A DNA stretch of 64,000 nucleotides, from contig NC_086108.1 of NCBI RefSeq assembly GCF_963921235.1, positions 66,280,001-66,344,000 of the forward strand, written 5' to 3'. Under the pieces are notes generated by a model. That model had not been told where the DNA came from and searched no databases. It worked only from the letters and a program-made list of their open reading frames with translations. Shown here in pieces: positions 11,661-25,345 of the stretch. The position numbers and the translations under genes are program-made. Every line of letters begins with the position of its first letter. Position 1 is the first letter of the stretch. Source of the DNA: Mobula hypostoma (Eukaryota).

Positions 11661-14430
11661 TGTAGGTTTGCGCAAATAAAAATGGCAGAAGCATTTTATG
11701 TTTAAGAAAAACTGTAGCAACTCATTTATTGTACTCCAAACACTAAACACTGAACACAAAGCATCGTACAAGTACTTTGCATACTTACATCATCACATCA
11801 GAACAGCCCCTTAAAGTGAAGCTTGGTGGCTGTGAATTATGCGTACATTTCCACCCCCTAGATTACTGGCTCTCCAGAATTTACCGAAACGGCAGTGTGA
11901 GCCTGTCTGGAGCTCAGACGAACGGCCCAGCTTGAGTCATATGTCCTATGGGCGGAGGAGTAGCAGGGGTATGTTGACACACTCATGGTCAAGTTGTGAC
12001 AGCAGGGCCATGATAGTAGAGTCCTCCAAATCTTGATGGGCCGATTGAAGGTGATCTACTGAAGTACATTCAGGTTTTCCCTTCTTATCCATGATAAAAG
12101 TCCTTTTTCTCTCTCTTTCAAAACATGGTATTGGCCATCTTAAGGAGGCCCAAGGAGATGCTGGTGTGCATCATGGTGGACAAAAGCAAATGAGGCAGAA
12201 TGTAGATCAACAGGAACCCAAGGGCGCTGTACGCCATGATGGGAGGTAGGAATAGGTGCAAAGGAATTGAATTTACTTAGGAGGGTGGAACGCTATTGAA
12301 AGGCTGATCAGGGAGTTGTGGCATCAGGAATAATATCACCTGGCACTCGTAACAGCTGCCTGTATACCAGTTCAGCTGTGGATGACAGCAGGTCCTCTTT
12401 TGGAGCAGTTCTGAGTCCCAGAAGGTCCCGCTGGAGACGATCGTGCCAACGCTCATCCGTCAGGGAAGCCTTTAAGGAGTGGTGAAACCTTTCGCATAAG
12501 CCATTGGACTGCGAGTGATATGCCATGGGGTGAGGTAGCCTAACGCTGAGGTCCCGCCCATTGCAGCCCAGAGGTCTGATATGAATTGCGGACCACACGG
12601 CCTGACGAAATTCAGATGGGATGCCAAACCGAGAAACCCTGGTGCTGATGAACGCCAGAGCCACATCTGTGGCTGTTGTTGATGCTAGAGGTATGACCTC
12701 TGGCCATCTGGTGGCATGCTCCGCAATGCTAAAGAAGGGTGTGAAACAGTTGGAGGGGGCAAGAGGATCAACATGGACCACATTGACATGGTCATACCAT
12801 CGCTCCGGACCTCAAAAGTGCCTGGATATAATGGTTAATTTTGCCACTGACACTCCACACAGGCTGCCATCCAATCACGCATTGTCCTTTCTAAGGCCTT
12901 ACCACACAAACTTTAGTGCAACCAGTTTCTGTGAGGCCTTCTGGCCCAGATATGAGGGGCTATGTATGGAGTCAAAAACAGTCCACCTCCAGTCTGTGGG
13001 CACGATGGGACGAGGGCAACCGATTGAGACATCACACAGGAGAGAAAACCCAGCTTCCCTGAACTTAATGCCAGCCAAGCCCAGGCCTATAACTGATAGG
13101 CCTGTAAGCCTGGACCTCTGTAGCTTGGTCAGCTGCCATGCCAACATAGTCAACCCCTACGTGTATGGCCTCAATGGCTGGCTGTGAGAGGCAATCAGAC
13201 GCAGCATTGTTTTTCCCCGTGATGTGTTGTATATTGATTGTGAACTCTGAAATGTAGGCCAATTGGCATTGCTGCTATGCAGACCAAGGGTCTGATATTT
13301 TGGCCATCATGTGCACTAAGGGTTTGTGGTCAATGAGTGTTGTGAAATGGTGACTCTTTGGAAGAAAACGAAAATGGCGAACAGCCAGATTGAGACCGAG
13401 AAGCTTACAGTCAAACGTGCTGTACTTCTTTTTTGGGAGACAGAGCTGCCGGCTGAAGAAGACGAGTGGCTGCCACACACCTCTGACCAGGTATTCATGC
13501 ACAGCATCCATAGCACAGTCTGAAGCATCAGTAGCAATGGTTGGGGAGGGGTGTGCCAGTTGGGTCCCGTTGGAAAGAACTTGTTTGGTATCATCGCATC
13601 TCCACTGACCAATCAAGTACTTAGGGATATTGCCTTTAAGTGCACTATACAGAGGGAGTATAATGAAATGGTGATAGAAATTCACCATGCCCAAAAACAC
13701 TTCTAGTTTTTCAGTAGTGCGGGGTGATCAGAATTCCAAAATAGTGGCTACTCTTGATGGGAGGGGTTTTGCACCTTCTGCAAAGATGCAATGTCTGAGA
13801 AAGTCAATGGTTGAAAACCCAAAGTGTCATTTAGCAGTGTTAATAATCGATCTGCTTTGGCTTAAGCACTCAAAAAGTGTGCAGAGATAAGATACTTGTT
13901 GGATTGGGATGCACTGGCGACAAGTATGTCATCCAGGTAAATGAAAAGAAACCCTGTCTTTTATACAGAGTTCATCAGCCATTGGAAAGTCTATGTTGCA
14001 TTTTTCAGTCCAAATGGCATGCACAGAGACTCAAAGAGGCCAACTGGGGTTATCACAGCCGTTTTGGGAATGTCCTTCCAGCACACAAGCATCTGATGGT
14101 AGGCCCTAACTAGATTAACTTAGGAAAAAGTTAACTTTCTGGCTAAACTTGCCAAAAAGCCCTGGATGTGTCGGACCGGGTAACGATCAGGTTGGTGGCC
14201 TCATTGAGGTGTCGGTAATCGCCACATTGGCAGCAACTACCATCGGGCTTAGGGACCATTTGGAGGGGTGAAGCCCAGGTGTAATTGAACCCATGTTGGC
14301 AAACTCAACCTTCGTGGTTACCAGCTTTTCTGGTCCAGTCTACGAGCGTGGGCATGGACTGACGGGCCAGATGTAGATGGACCCCTGTCGCACAGGAAGC
14401 GACGCTCTGAATGGGCGTTTTGTAATGAGC
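11661..14430 (-). mobile_element. Second Ty3/Gypsy element, opposite orientation (3' LTR 11661-11847, PPT 11848-11862)
   Basis: TG...CA-bounded LTR next to a purine tract; integrase (TRWPEVIPL, YHSQSNGLCERFH), RNase H (TDASD...DHKPL), RT remnants (FLGMVNFY). Confidence 0.9.
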
Positions 14431-14431
14431 A

Positions 14432-14913
14432 GTAGGGAATCCTGCACACAGACTCCCAAATCCCTTCACACCTCTGACTTTTGAATTTTTCTCTCCATTT
14501 AAGAAATAGTCCTTGCCTTTATTCCTTCTACCAAAGCGTCTCAATGCACTTCCCTACACTATATTCCAAAGCCACTTCTTTGGTCATTCTCCCAATCAGA
14601 CTAAGTACTATGGCAGACTCCCTGCTTCCTCAACACTACCTGCCCCTCCACCTATCTTCGTATCATCTGCAAACATGGCCACAAAGCCATCAATTCCTTC
14701 ACCTAAGTCATTGAGATATAATGTGAAAAGAGGAGGTCCTAACACTGACCCCTGCGACACACCGCCAGTCACCGGCAGCCAAACAGAAAAGGCCTGCTTT
14801 TTTCTGACTCTTTGCCTCCTGCCAGACAACCAGTCTTCTATCTTTCTTGCAATACCATGGGCTCTTATTTTTTAAGAAGCTTCAAGTGTGGCACCTTGTT
14901 AATGGCCTTCTGA
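14432..14913 (-). mobile_element. CR1 LINE RT fragment
   Basis: GVSQGSVLGPPLFTLYLND...FADDTKIGG. Confidence 0.88.
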
Positions 14914-16521
14914 ACACACTCTTGGTTCAGACACTAGCTTCACAAATGTAAAACGCTTTCTATTTCTTCACTCAAATTCTCATACTTCTTTTAGCCTTGA
15001 TGGTACGTGTCTGCTAGTTAATCAACCATGGGGTGTATTTCAACAGATTTCAATCTATTTCTCACTCAAGTCTCAACATGGGTCATTAGGTCCTGATTAA
15101 CAACTCGAATCTTGACATTTTCTCCTCCCTAATTCCAGATTACAGAGGCCAGTAGCTGCAATATTCCTGCTGCATGGGTTGAGTAAAAATTCAAACCTTG
15201 CTGGTCTAAATAATTTGGTTATCCCTAGTAAAGCATTTAAGTAGTTAAAGAAAACTTTATCAGTGTATTTTATGATGTTTAAGACATTTCGTTGACTGTA
15301 ATAAAGCAAAGTTAAGTTGGAAAATTTATTAAGAGTTAGTTTTAACTACAGATTCTGGAATATTTGAATCCGTGGACTAATTTGTCACACACGTTAAATT
15401 TTTAAAAAAAAACAATGATTATTACCTCTCCATGCCACAGCCATTTTATGTGCCTATATTTTTCCATTCATTCACTCTTACCCAAAAATTTGCCCTGTAT
15501 TTAATTAAAAAGTGTAATAAATCACCTCGGCTGTTAACAGATTCTTTCTCATTTTAGAATTACAGCAGCTCAAGCTACAATCTTCTGCTTTAGCCAGATT
15601 CTCCCCAGTGAAAATCTAGATTTCAAATCTTATTTATCACTTGTGCTTTTATTAGAATGTGTCTAAGCTTCAGCAAGCAAATATAGGAAATAAGGTACGC
15701 AATCAAGCAGCAAGTGTGAATGCCTGAGATAGTTTGGATTTGAAGACTTAGCTGTGTGTTTTGTTTCCAAACATTCATACGGTTATGGCGTGTCAAAATA
15801 TCACAACTTGGTTTGAGCTTTTTTTGCTATTGGAAGCCATTATAGCTAGAGGGAATGTGTGCGCGACTGCAGGAAATTGAGGTGCTCAGTGAATTTCCCA
15901 TGAATATCACATACATTGTGCAGCTTTAGCCTATGCCCATGAATCCTGCTGCATTTATTTGGTGATGGCCACAGATGTGGGCTCCATTGACAGATAGGGT
16001 CCCCAGGTCAGCTGGGAGTAAATTGAGGGCAGATGATACAAGAAGCTTAGCTTATTTTTAGAAAGGATCAGGGCTTCCCATATCTTGCCAAAGAACATTA
16101 GATGGCACAGTTTGTGAATTTTTTCTAATGCTTGCATTCTAAATGAACAAGCTGGTTAAAGTAACTTTATTTCAGTTTAAGTAGCATCATTTCATATTGA
16201 GAGAGAGATATGCTTCAGTCCCTCATGTTAGTTACTTTTATTATCACGTCTATTTTTTACCTGGGCATCAAAAATAGCTATTGGGTCAAAAATGGAGAGG
16301 AGGGGGTTTCCTGGAAGCCTGGATGCATACGGATCTGTCTCAGTCCTTAGAACTAAGGCATGCAGAATCTCTGCTCTCAACCTGGTAAGAATCCTTGCCT
16401 AGCAAAAATAAATGCCTTAGCTATGCAGCAGATATGTCTGCCCTAGTTAACAAGGACTGTGAGGGATTAGTTGGGCACCACACTGTTTTTGTCACCCATT
16501 TGAATTAGCCTTTGAGATCAG

Positions 16522-18390
16522 ATCATAAGATATAGGAGCAGAATTAGAACATTAGCCCATTGAGTCTGTTTGTCCATTCCATCATGGCTGATTTATTATC
16601 CCTCTCAACCACATTCTCCTGCTTTTTCACCGTGACCTTTGATGCCCTGATTAATCAAAAGCCCATCAACCTCCCCCTGAAATATACCCAAAGGCTTGGT
16701 CTGCACAACTATATGAGGCAATGAATTTCACAGGTCACCACCACCTGTCTAAAGACATTTTCCCTCATCTGTTCTAAATGATGTCCCTCACTTCTGAGAC
16801 TGTGCCCTCTGGTCCTAGACGTCTCCACTATAAGAAACACCCTTTCCACATACACTCTGTTGAGGCCTTTCAATATTTGATAGATTTCAATAAAATCCCC
16901 TTGTTTCTTCTAAACTCCAGCAACTACAGGTCCAGAACCATCAAACACTCCTCATAAGTTAACCCTTTCATTCTTGAGATCTTTCTCATGAAACTGCTCT
17001 GGACCCTCTCCAATGCAGCCCAAAACTGCTGATAATACTCCAAGTGTGCTCTGACCAATGCCTTATAAAGCCTCAGCATTACATCCTTGCTTTTACAGAT
17101 ATATTCTAGTCCTCTTCAAATTAAAGCAACATTGCATTTGCTTTCCATACCACTGATTCAACCTGCAAGTTAACCTTTAGGGAATCCTGCACAAGGACTC
17201 CCAAATCCCTTCACATCTCTGATTTGCAAATTTTTCTCTCATGCCCACGTCCATGCCTTTATTCCTTTTACCAAAGTGCATGACCATGCACTTCCCTACA
17301 CTATATTCCATCTGCCACTTCTTTGCTCATTCTCCCAATCAGACTAAGTATTATTGTAGGTACCCTGCTTTATCAACAGCACCTGTCCCTTCACCTATCT
17401 TTGTATCATCTGCAAACACAGCCACAAAGCCATCAATTCCTTCATCTAAGTCATTGACATATAATGTGAAAAGAAGAAGTCCTAACAATGACCCCTATTG
17501 CACACCACCAGTCACCGGCAGCCAACCAGAAAAGGCCTGCCTTATTCTGACTCCTTGCCACTTGCCAGACAGCCAATCTTCTATCTTTCCTGCAATGCCA
17601 TGGACTCTTATCTTGTTAAGCGGCCTCATGTGTGGCACCTTGTCAAAGGCCTTCTGAAAATCCAAATAAACAACGTCTACTGACTCTACTTTGTCTACAC
17701 TACCTGTTATTTCCTCAAAGAATTCCAACAAATCTGTCAGGCAAGATTTCCGCTTAAGGAAACCATGCTGACTTTGGCCTGTTTTGTCATGTGCCTCCAC
17801 GTACCCTAAAACCTCATCTTTAAAAATACAGTCGCTTCCAACACCTTTCCAACCACTGATGTCAGGCTAACTAGCCTGTGATTTCCTTTCTTTTGCCTTC
17901 CTTCCTTCTTAAAGAGTGGAGTGACATTTGCAATTTTCCAGTCCTCCAGAAACCTTCCGGAATCTAGTGGTTCTTGCAAGATGATTACCAATGCCTCCAC
18001 AATCTCGTCAGCCACCTCTTTCAGAACCCTGGGCTGTTATCCATCTGTTCCAGGTGACTTATTTTCCCTCAGATTTTCCCATTTCCCAAGTGCCTCCTCC
18101 TTAGTAAAAGCTACAGCATTCACTTCTGCCCCCTAAACTCTCACATTTTGGACATTCTGATAGCGTCTTCCACAGTGAAGGCTAATGCAAAATATTTATT
18201 AAATTTTTCTGCCATTACTATATCTCTAGTGTTATTTTCCAGTGTTCCGATATGTACTCTTGTCTCTCTTTTACTCTTTGTATATCTGAAAAAAACTTTT
18301 TGTATCCTCTTTTATATTATAAGCCAGCTTACCTTCATATTTCATCTTTTCACTCTTTATGGCTTTTTGTTGCTTTCTGTTGGTTTTTAA
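16522..18390 (-). mobile_element. CR1 LINE, 5'-truncated, decayed
   Basis: EDWKIANVTPLFKK, QHGFLK..SCLT, VYLDFQKAFDKVPH; CR1 3' tail near 16522. Confidence 0.9.
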
Positions 18391-18392
18391 AG

Positions 18393-18513
18393 CTGCTGAA
18401 GGGTCTTGGCCCGAACATCGACTGTACTCTTTTCCATAGATGCTGCCTGGCCTGCTGATTTCCTTCAGTATTTTGTGTGTGGTGCTTTCCGGCATCTGCA
18501 GGTTTTCTTTTGT
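18393..18513 (+). mobile_element. Single-arm PLE terminal fragment with degenerate hammerhead
   Basis: ctgctgaagggtcttggcccgaacatcgactg...gatgctgcctggcctgctg...gcatctgcag. Confidence 0.8.
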
Positions 18514-18569
18514 AAGAGATGCTTACTAATTTCCTGGTAAGTTGTTGCTGAAATGGAAATGATTTTCAT

Positions 18570-21500
18570 TATAAGACCATAAGACAAAGGAGCAGAAGTC
18601 GGCCATTCGGCCCATCGAGTCTGCTCCGCCATTTTATCATGAGCTGATTCATTCTCCCATTTAGGCCCACTCCCCTGCCTTCTCACCATAACCTTTGATG
18701 CCCTAGCTACTCAGATACCTATCAATCTCTGCCTTAAATACACCCAATGACTTGGCCTCCACTGCTGCCCATGGCAACAAATTCCATAGATTCACCACCC
18801 TCTGGCTAAAAAAATTTCTTCGCATTTCTGTTTTAAATGGGCGCCCTTCAATCCTGAAGTCATGCCCTCTCATGCTAGACTCCCCCATCATGGGAAACAA
18901 CTTTGCCACATCCACTCCGTCCATGCCTTTCAACATTCAAAATGTTTCTATGACGTTTCCCCTCATTCTTCTAAACTCCAAGGAATACAGTCCAAGAGCA
19001 GACAAACGTTCCTCATATGTTAACCCTCTCATTCCAGGAATCATTCTAGTAAATCTTCTCTGTACCCACTCCAACGTCAGCACATCCTTTCTTAAATAAG
19101 GAGACCAAAACTGCCCACAGTACTCCAAGTGAGGTCTCACCAGTGCCTTATAGAGCCTCAATATCACATCCCTGCTCCTATACTCTATTCCTCTAGAAGT
19201 GAATGCCAACATTGCATTCGCCTTCTTCACCACCGACTCAACCTGGAGGTTAACCTTAAGGGTATCCTGTACGAGGACTCCCAAGTCCCATTGCATCTCA
19301 GAACTTTGAATTCTCTCCCCATTTAAATAATAGTCTGCCAGTTTATTTCTTCTGCCAAAGTGCATAACCATACACTTTCCAACATTGTATTTCATTTGCC
19401 ACTTCTTTGCCCATTCTTCCAACCTATCCAAGTCTCTCTGCAGACTCTGTTTCCTCAGCACTACCGGCCCTTCCACCTATCTTCGTATCATCAGCAAACT
19501 TAGCCACAAAGCCATCTATTCCATAATCCAAATCATTGATGTACAATGTAAAAAGAAGCGGCCCCAACACGGACCCCTGTGGAGCACCACTGGTAACCGA
19601 CAGCCAACCAGATTAGGATCCCTTTATTCCTACTCTCTGTTTCCTGCCAATCAGCCAACGCTCTATCCACATATGTATCTTTCCCGTAATTCCATGGGCT
19701 CTTATCTTGTTAAGTAGCCTCATGTGTGGCAGCTTGTCAAAGGCCTTCTGAAAATCCAAATATACAAAATCCACTGCATCACCCTTGTCTAGCCTACTTG
19801 TAATTTCCTCAAAAAATTGTAATAGGTTTGTCAGGCAGGATATTCCTTTAAGGAATCCATGCTGTGTTCTACCTATCTTGTCATATGCCTCAGGTACTCT
19901 GTAACCTCATCCTTGACAATCAACTCCAACAACTTCCCAACCACGGATGTCAAGCTAACAGGTCTATAATTTCCTTTTTGATTCCTTGCCCCCTTCTTAA
20001 ATAGCGGAGTGACATTTGCAATCTTCCAGTCCTCCGGAACCATACCAGAATCTATCGATTTTTGAAAGATCATCACTAATGCCTCCGCAATCTCCGCAGC
20101 TACTTCCTTCAGAACACGAGGGTGCATTTCATCTGGTCCGGGAGATTTATCTACCTTTAGCCTATTCAGCTTCCTGAGTACTTTCTCTGTCGTAATTGTG
20201 ACTGCGCACACTTCTCTTCCCTGCCACCCTTGAGTGTCCGGTATACTGCTGATGTCTTCCTCTGTGAAGACTGATGCAAAATACTCATTCAGTTCCTCCG
20301 CCATCTCCTTATCTCCCATTACAATTTCTCCAGCATCATTTTCTATCGGTCCTATATCTACTCTCACCTGTCTTTTACTCTTTATATACTTGAAAAAGCT
20401 TTTAGTATCCTCTCTGATATTATTTGCTAGCTTCCTTTCATAGTTAATCTTTTCCCTCTTAATGACCTTCTTAGTTTCCTTTTGTAAGGTTTTAAAAACT
20501 GCCCAATCCTCTGTCTTCCCACTAATTTTTGCTTCCTTGTACGCCCTCTCCTTTGCTTTAACTTTGGCTTTGACTTCTTTTGTCAGTCATGGTTGCATCC
20601 TTCTTCCATTCGAAAATTTCTTCTGTTTTGGAATATACCTGCCTTGCACCTTCCTCACTTCTCGCATAAACTCCAGCCACTGCTGCTCTGCCGTCCTTCC
20701 CGCCAGTATCCCTTTCCAGTCAACTTTGGCCAGTTCCTCTCTCATGCCACTATAATTTCCTTTACTCCACTGAAATACCAACACATCAGATTTCGGCTTC
20801 TCTTTTTCAAATTTCACAGTGAACTCAATCATGTTATGATCACTGCTTCCTAAGGGTTCCTTCACCTCAATCTCTCTAATCACCTCTGGTTCATTACACA
20901 ATACCCAATCTAGTACAGCCGATCCCCTAGTGGGCTCAACAACAAGCTGTTCTAAAAAGCCATCTCACAAACATTCTACAAATTCTCTCTCTTGAGATCC
21001 AGTGCTGACCTGATTTTCCCAATCTACTCGCATGTTAAAATCCCCCACAATTATCATAACACTGCCCTTCTGACAAGACTTTTCTATTTCCTGTTGTAAT
21101 TTGTAGTCCACATCCCTGCAGCTGTTTGGAGGCCTATAAATAACTGCCATCAGTGTCCTTTTACCCCTGCGATTCTGCACCTTCGGATCCTATATCACCT
21201 CTTTCTAATGATTGAATATCATTTCTTACCAATAAAGCCACGCCTCCCCCTCTGCCTACCTTCCTATCCTTCTGATACACTGTATCCTTGGACGTTCAGC
21301 TCCCAGAGACATGCATCCTTTAGCCACATCTCAGTGATGGCCATAATATCATACCTGACAATCTGTAGCTGTACGACAAAATCATCCACCTTATTCCTTA
21401 TGCTGTGTGCATTTAAGTATAACACCTTAAGACCAGTATTTGGTACTTTTTGCTTTGATTTCACTGCAACTTTATTGCAATCCAACTCATCCTCATTACT
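18570..21500 (-). mobile_element. CR1 LINE with near-complete ORF2 (APE endonuclease + RT), few disruptions
   Basis: LKVLYLNAHSIRNK, IYRPPN, GDFN, SDHNMIEF, KSPGPD, NYRPVSLTS, RPHLEYC; (ATAAGACC)n tail at 18571. Confidence 0.95.
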
Positions 21501-21759
21501 CATATAAGTAATTATAATGACAATTACAGCTTTAAATATGGAATTAGTGAGGAACTTTACATTTAGGTAACTTATTTTTATTTATTATTTCTTACTTCTC
21601 TTCTGATATTTGTACATTTGTATATCTGTGCACTTGTAATGCTACTGTGACACTGTACTTTCCCTTGGGATCAATAAAGTATCTGTCTATCTATCTGTAT
21701 ATTTAATATACTGTAGATAGATAACGTTATTGCCTTGTTTATTCTGTACAGATAGACAT

Positions 21760-22916
21760 TGACAAGGTCCCGCATGGGAGGTTAGTTAGGAAAATTCAGT
21801 CGCTAGGTATACATGGAGAGGTGGTAAATTGGATTAGACATTGGCTCGATGGAAGAAGCCAGAGAGTGGTGGTAGAGAATTGCTTCTCTGAGTGGAGGCC
21901 TGTGACTAGTGGTGTGCCACAGGGATCAGTGCTGGGTCCATTGTTATTTGTCATCTATATCAATGATCTGGATGATAATGTGGTAAATTGGATCAGCAAG
22001 TTTGCTGATGATACAAAGATTGGAGGTGTAGCGGACAGTGAGGAAGGTTTTCAGAACCTGCAGAGGGACTTGGACCAGCTGGAAAAATGGGCTGAAAAAT
22101 GGCAGATGGCGTTTAATACTGACAAGTGTGAGGTATTGCACGTTGGAAGGACAAACCATCATAGAACATACAGGGTTAATGGTAAGGAACTGAGGAGTGC
22201 AGTGGAACAGAGGGATCTGGGAATACAGATACAAAATTCCCTAAAAGTGTTGTCACAGGTAGATAGGGTCGTAAAGAGAGCTTTTGGTACATTGGCCTTT
22301 ATTAATCGAAGTATTGAGTATAAGAGCTGGAATGTTATGATGAGGTTGTATAAGGCATTGGTGAGGCCGAATCTGGAGTATTGTTTTCAGTTTTGGTCAC
22401 CAAATTACAGGAAGGATATAAATAAGGTTGAAAGTGCAGAGAAGGTTTACAAGGATGTTGCCGGGACTTGAGAAACTCAGTTACAGAGAAAGGTTGAATA
22501 GGTTAGGACTTTATTCCCTGGAGCGTAGAAGAGTGAGGGGAGATTTGATAGAGGTATATAAAATTATGATGGGTATAGATAGAGTGAATGCAAGCAGGCT
22601 TTTTCCACTGAGGCAAGGGGAGAAAAAAACCAGAGGACATGGGTTAAGGGTGAGGGGGGAAAAGTTTAAAGGGAACATGAGGGGAGGCTTCTTCACACAG
22701 AGAGTGGTGGGAGTATGGAATGAACTGCCAGACGAGGTGGTAAATGCGGGTTCTTTTTTAACATTTAAGAATAAATTGGGCAGATACATGGATGGGAGGT
22801 GTATGGAGGGATATGGTCCGTGTGCAGGTCAGTGGGACTAGGCAGAAAATGGTTCGGCACAGCTAAGAAGGGCCAAAGGGCCTGTTTCTGTGCTGTAGTT
22901 TCTATGGTTCTATGGT
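21760..22916 (+). mobile_element. CR1 LINE, 5'-truncated (different subfamily)
   Basis: SGVPQGSVLGPLLFVIYIND...FADDTK; tail ttctatggttctatggtt. Confidence 0.95.
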
Positions 22917-23084
22917 TGTGTTTGACAAGTAGCAGATGATGTGTCAGTCGCCATTTCCCTAAGTTTAATGCTCTCCATTCATCACCAATGCATTGGACCT
23001 CTCCGAATATTGCTTCTTTGAAGCCTCTCTCTCAAATACATTCAAGCACGAGAAGTGAACAGATATTTTATCGCTGATATGTGA

Positions 23085-23230
23085 AGGACATGCTGGTGGA
23101 CTTGTAATCCCAAAGGCTGGATTCAGAGAATAAGAGTTCGAACCCCACCATAACAATTCAATTTACAAAAAGAGTTAATTAAAAACTGGTGGGTTAATTA
23201 ATTAAAAACTGATGTCAATCAAGCTGCCAA
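23085..23230 (+). mobile_element. Degenerate tRNA-like SINE/LINE head related to 41092-41230
   Basis: ggacttgtaatcc...gagttcgaaccccaccat, with a B-box-like GTTCGAAC. Confidence 0.45.
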
Positions 23231-25054
23231 AAAAATGGTGTTGTCAACACCAGACAAAATATGAAGGTTCTTTAAAATGTTTCTTCAACAAAAACTATTA
23301 TTTTTCAAATGGCAGAAAAGTTGTCAAAACAAAAGTGCTACAAAAAGATCAAACACCATGAAGGATCCACTGAAGAATTAATTGATATCATAGCTCACCC
23401 ATGTAATTCTCTATCAAGCTCACAGCAACTAAGTAAAGTTGATGGCAGGACAAACAAATAGAGAACTTGATGATCCTAAAAACCTACTACTATGTTGAAC
23501 TCCCTTAAGTGGCTGGTGAGACTTTTACACAGCATCAGAACAATGAGATTTGTTCAAAATATTAAATTCATCAGAATGTCTAATACACCCTCTTCAATTT
23601 CCTCTACATAATTTGAAAAGTAACAGTTCATGCTTCATCTTGCCAGAATGATACAATTTGAAACACCCTCTTATAGATTTTTTTGATTTTCTAACATATC
23701 CCACTAATTTACTTGTTTCATATTTCATCCACTGGAACTTGGAAAATAATTCTATCCCAGCTGGTTGAACTGTGAAAGGTACTTGGTTCTTAAAGTTTTG
23801 AAAGTTAACTTACGCTTACGGAAGTGGATTTTAATAATATTTAATGCTCTTACTAAAATCAGCACAAATCCTCTGAATATATAAACTGCCCACAGATAAA
23901 TTTGTATCATGGCAATGCCTTGGGCAACATTATTTCCCATCTCTGAAAAAAAGAGAGAAAAATCATTTAACCTACTTTTCATTTTCAATTGCCTCACAAG
24001 TAAATATCTTGAAATTAACTACCAAAGTGTCTTAAGGGAATTATTGTAAGACAACATTCCTTTATATTGGGATCATACTTGTGGAAATGAAAAGGACAGA
24101 AAGTGATATGTCTGAAGAAAAAAATGGTCAAGTAAACATTACATTGAAAATCAGTACAATTTTTGGAGCAGCTTTTGGTTCAAAGTATTACTTGCTTTCT
24201 AAAGTAAGAACCTGCATTTAGTAGAAAATAATTCTTTTTCAATACTATTATGATAATAAGATTATTTCATGTAGATTTTGCAGCAATACAAAATTGTAAT
24301 TGTAAAATTGACTAGCTTAGAGGAAGAAGGTGCCAGCACTTGCTCTCCAGAGGTCATGCAACACAGAATACACAAGGAAAAACTCAAGCCAAAAGACAGC
24401 TTGATTCATCAAGACAGACAGCGGGGAGCAAATCAAAACATTTGGGGTTCATTCATTGGACTTCGAAGGGCACAGGCTCAGGAAGATAAACAAAGGAACA
24501 TTATGGAGTTCTTCGAAGAGAGGTCTTTCCAAAACAGTCATGTAAAACCAAATACAGCAGAACATAACACAGCTGAATTTGGGATAAAAGTAAAATAGTA
24601 CAAGATAAATAATGTGAAGCCTTAGCTTTTTACAGGGAATGAGCTGTTAAACAGAGAAGTTCTTGTCCAAAGCAACTTGCATGTAAAGTGTATGGCCACA
24701 CAGTGCTTGGGAACAAAGCTTAGCTCTGCTTTGATTAAATATCTACTAAGCATGAATAGGCCAACATAACCATTGAAGCCAGCAGAACCAACTGAGCTGT
24801 TTAAGGTGAATATTTCCACTCACAATAGGTTAACTGTTTGATTATTATCAAGTACCAATACAAATAAAAGTTAATTGTTTATACCACTGTAATGAAATGT
24901 ATATACTTATTTCTTATATTGAAGTGTACTATTTACTAAGTGCTGAATTGTAGGTTTAAAGTCTGAAGAATGAGGTATCTCACTCTGTATTCATGCCTTA
25001 TGGTAACTAAAGTGAGGGACAGAGGAAGACAGTCAGAGTCAAAATCAGAATTAT

Positions 25055-25345
25055 TATTATGTTTTGTAACTCCAAAACTAATTGAAAGAAAAAAATGGGA
25101 GAGCTGAGGATAAACATGTACTCTTCATTTTTACATTTAGTGAGGCTACTGTGGTGGTGTGATGATATATGCTATTCAAGTACTTTTACATATAACCCAT
25201 AATGAATTATGTAAATAAACAAAGAATGGTTGAGCAAATATATTTAAAATATTACTGAAATATTAATTATACAACATTCCTCCCTGCTAAGCAATAAACT
25301 CCAACTCAATATAGAGTGCATCTCAATTTATAAACAGTATATAAA
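25055..25345 (-). mobile_element. Gypsy 3' LTR (25055-25276) plus PPT, same family as 7940 and 40259
   Basis: Reverse complement matches the LTR at 40259-40420 and 44572 onward; PPT agcagggaggaa precedes TGTTGTAT. Confidence 0.8.

Noticed and set aside
24278..24598. 106-aa ORF after a ttttgcag acceptor-like site
   Set aside because: No recognisable domain, no supported donor or partner exon.
24696..24730. CACAGTG heptamer as a V(D)J recombination signal
   Set aside because: No nonamer at 12 or 23 spacing and no V, D or J segment nearby.
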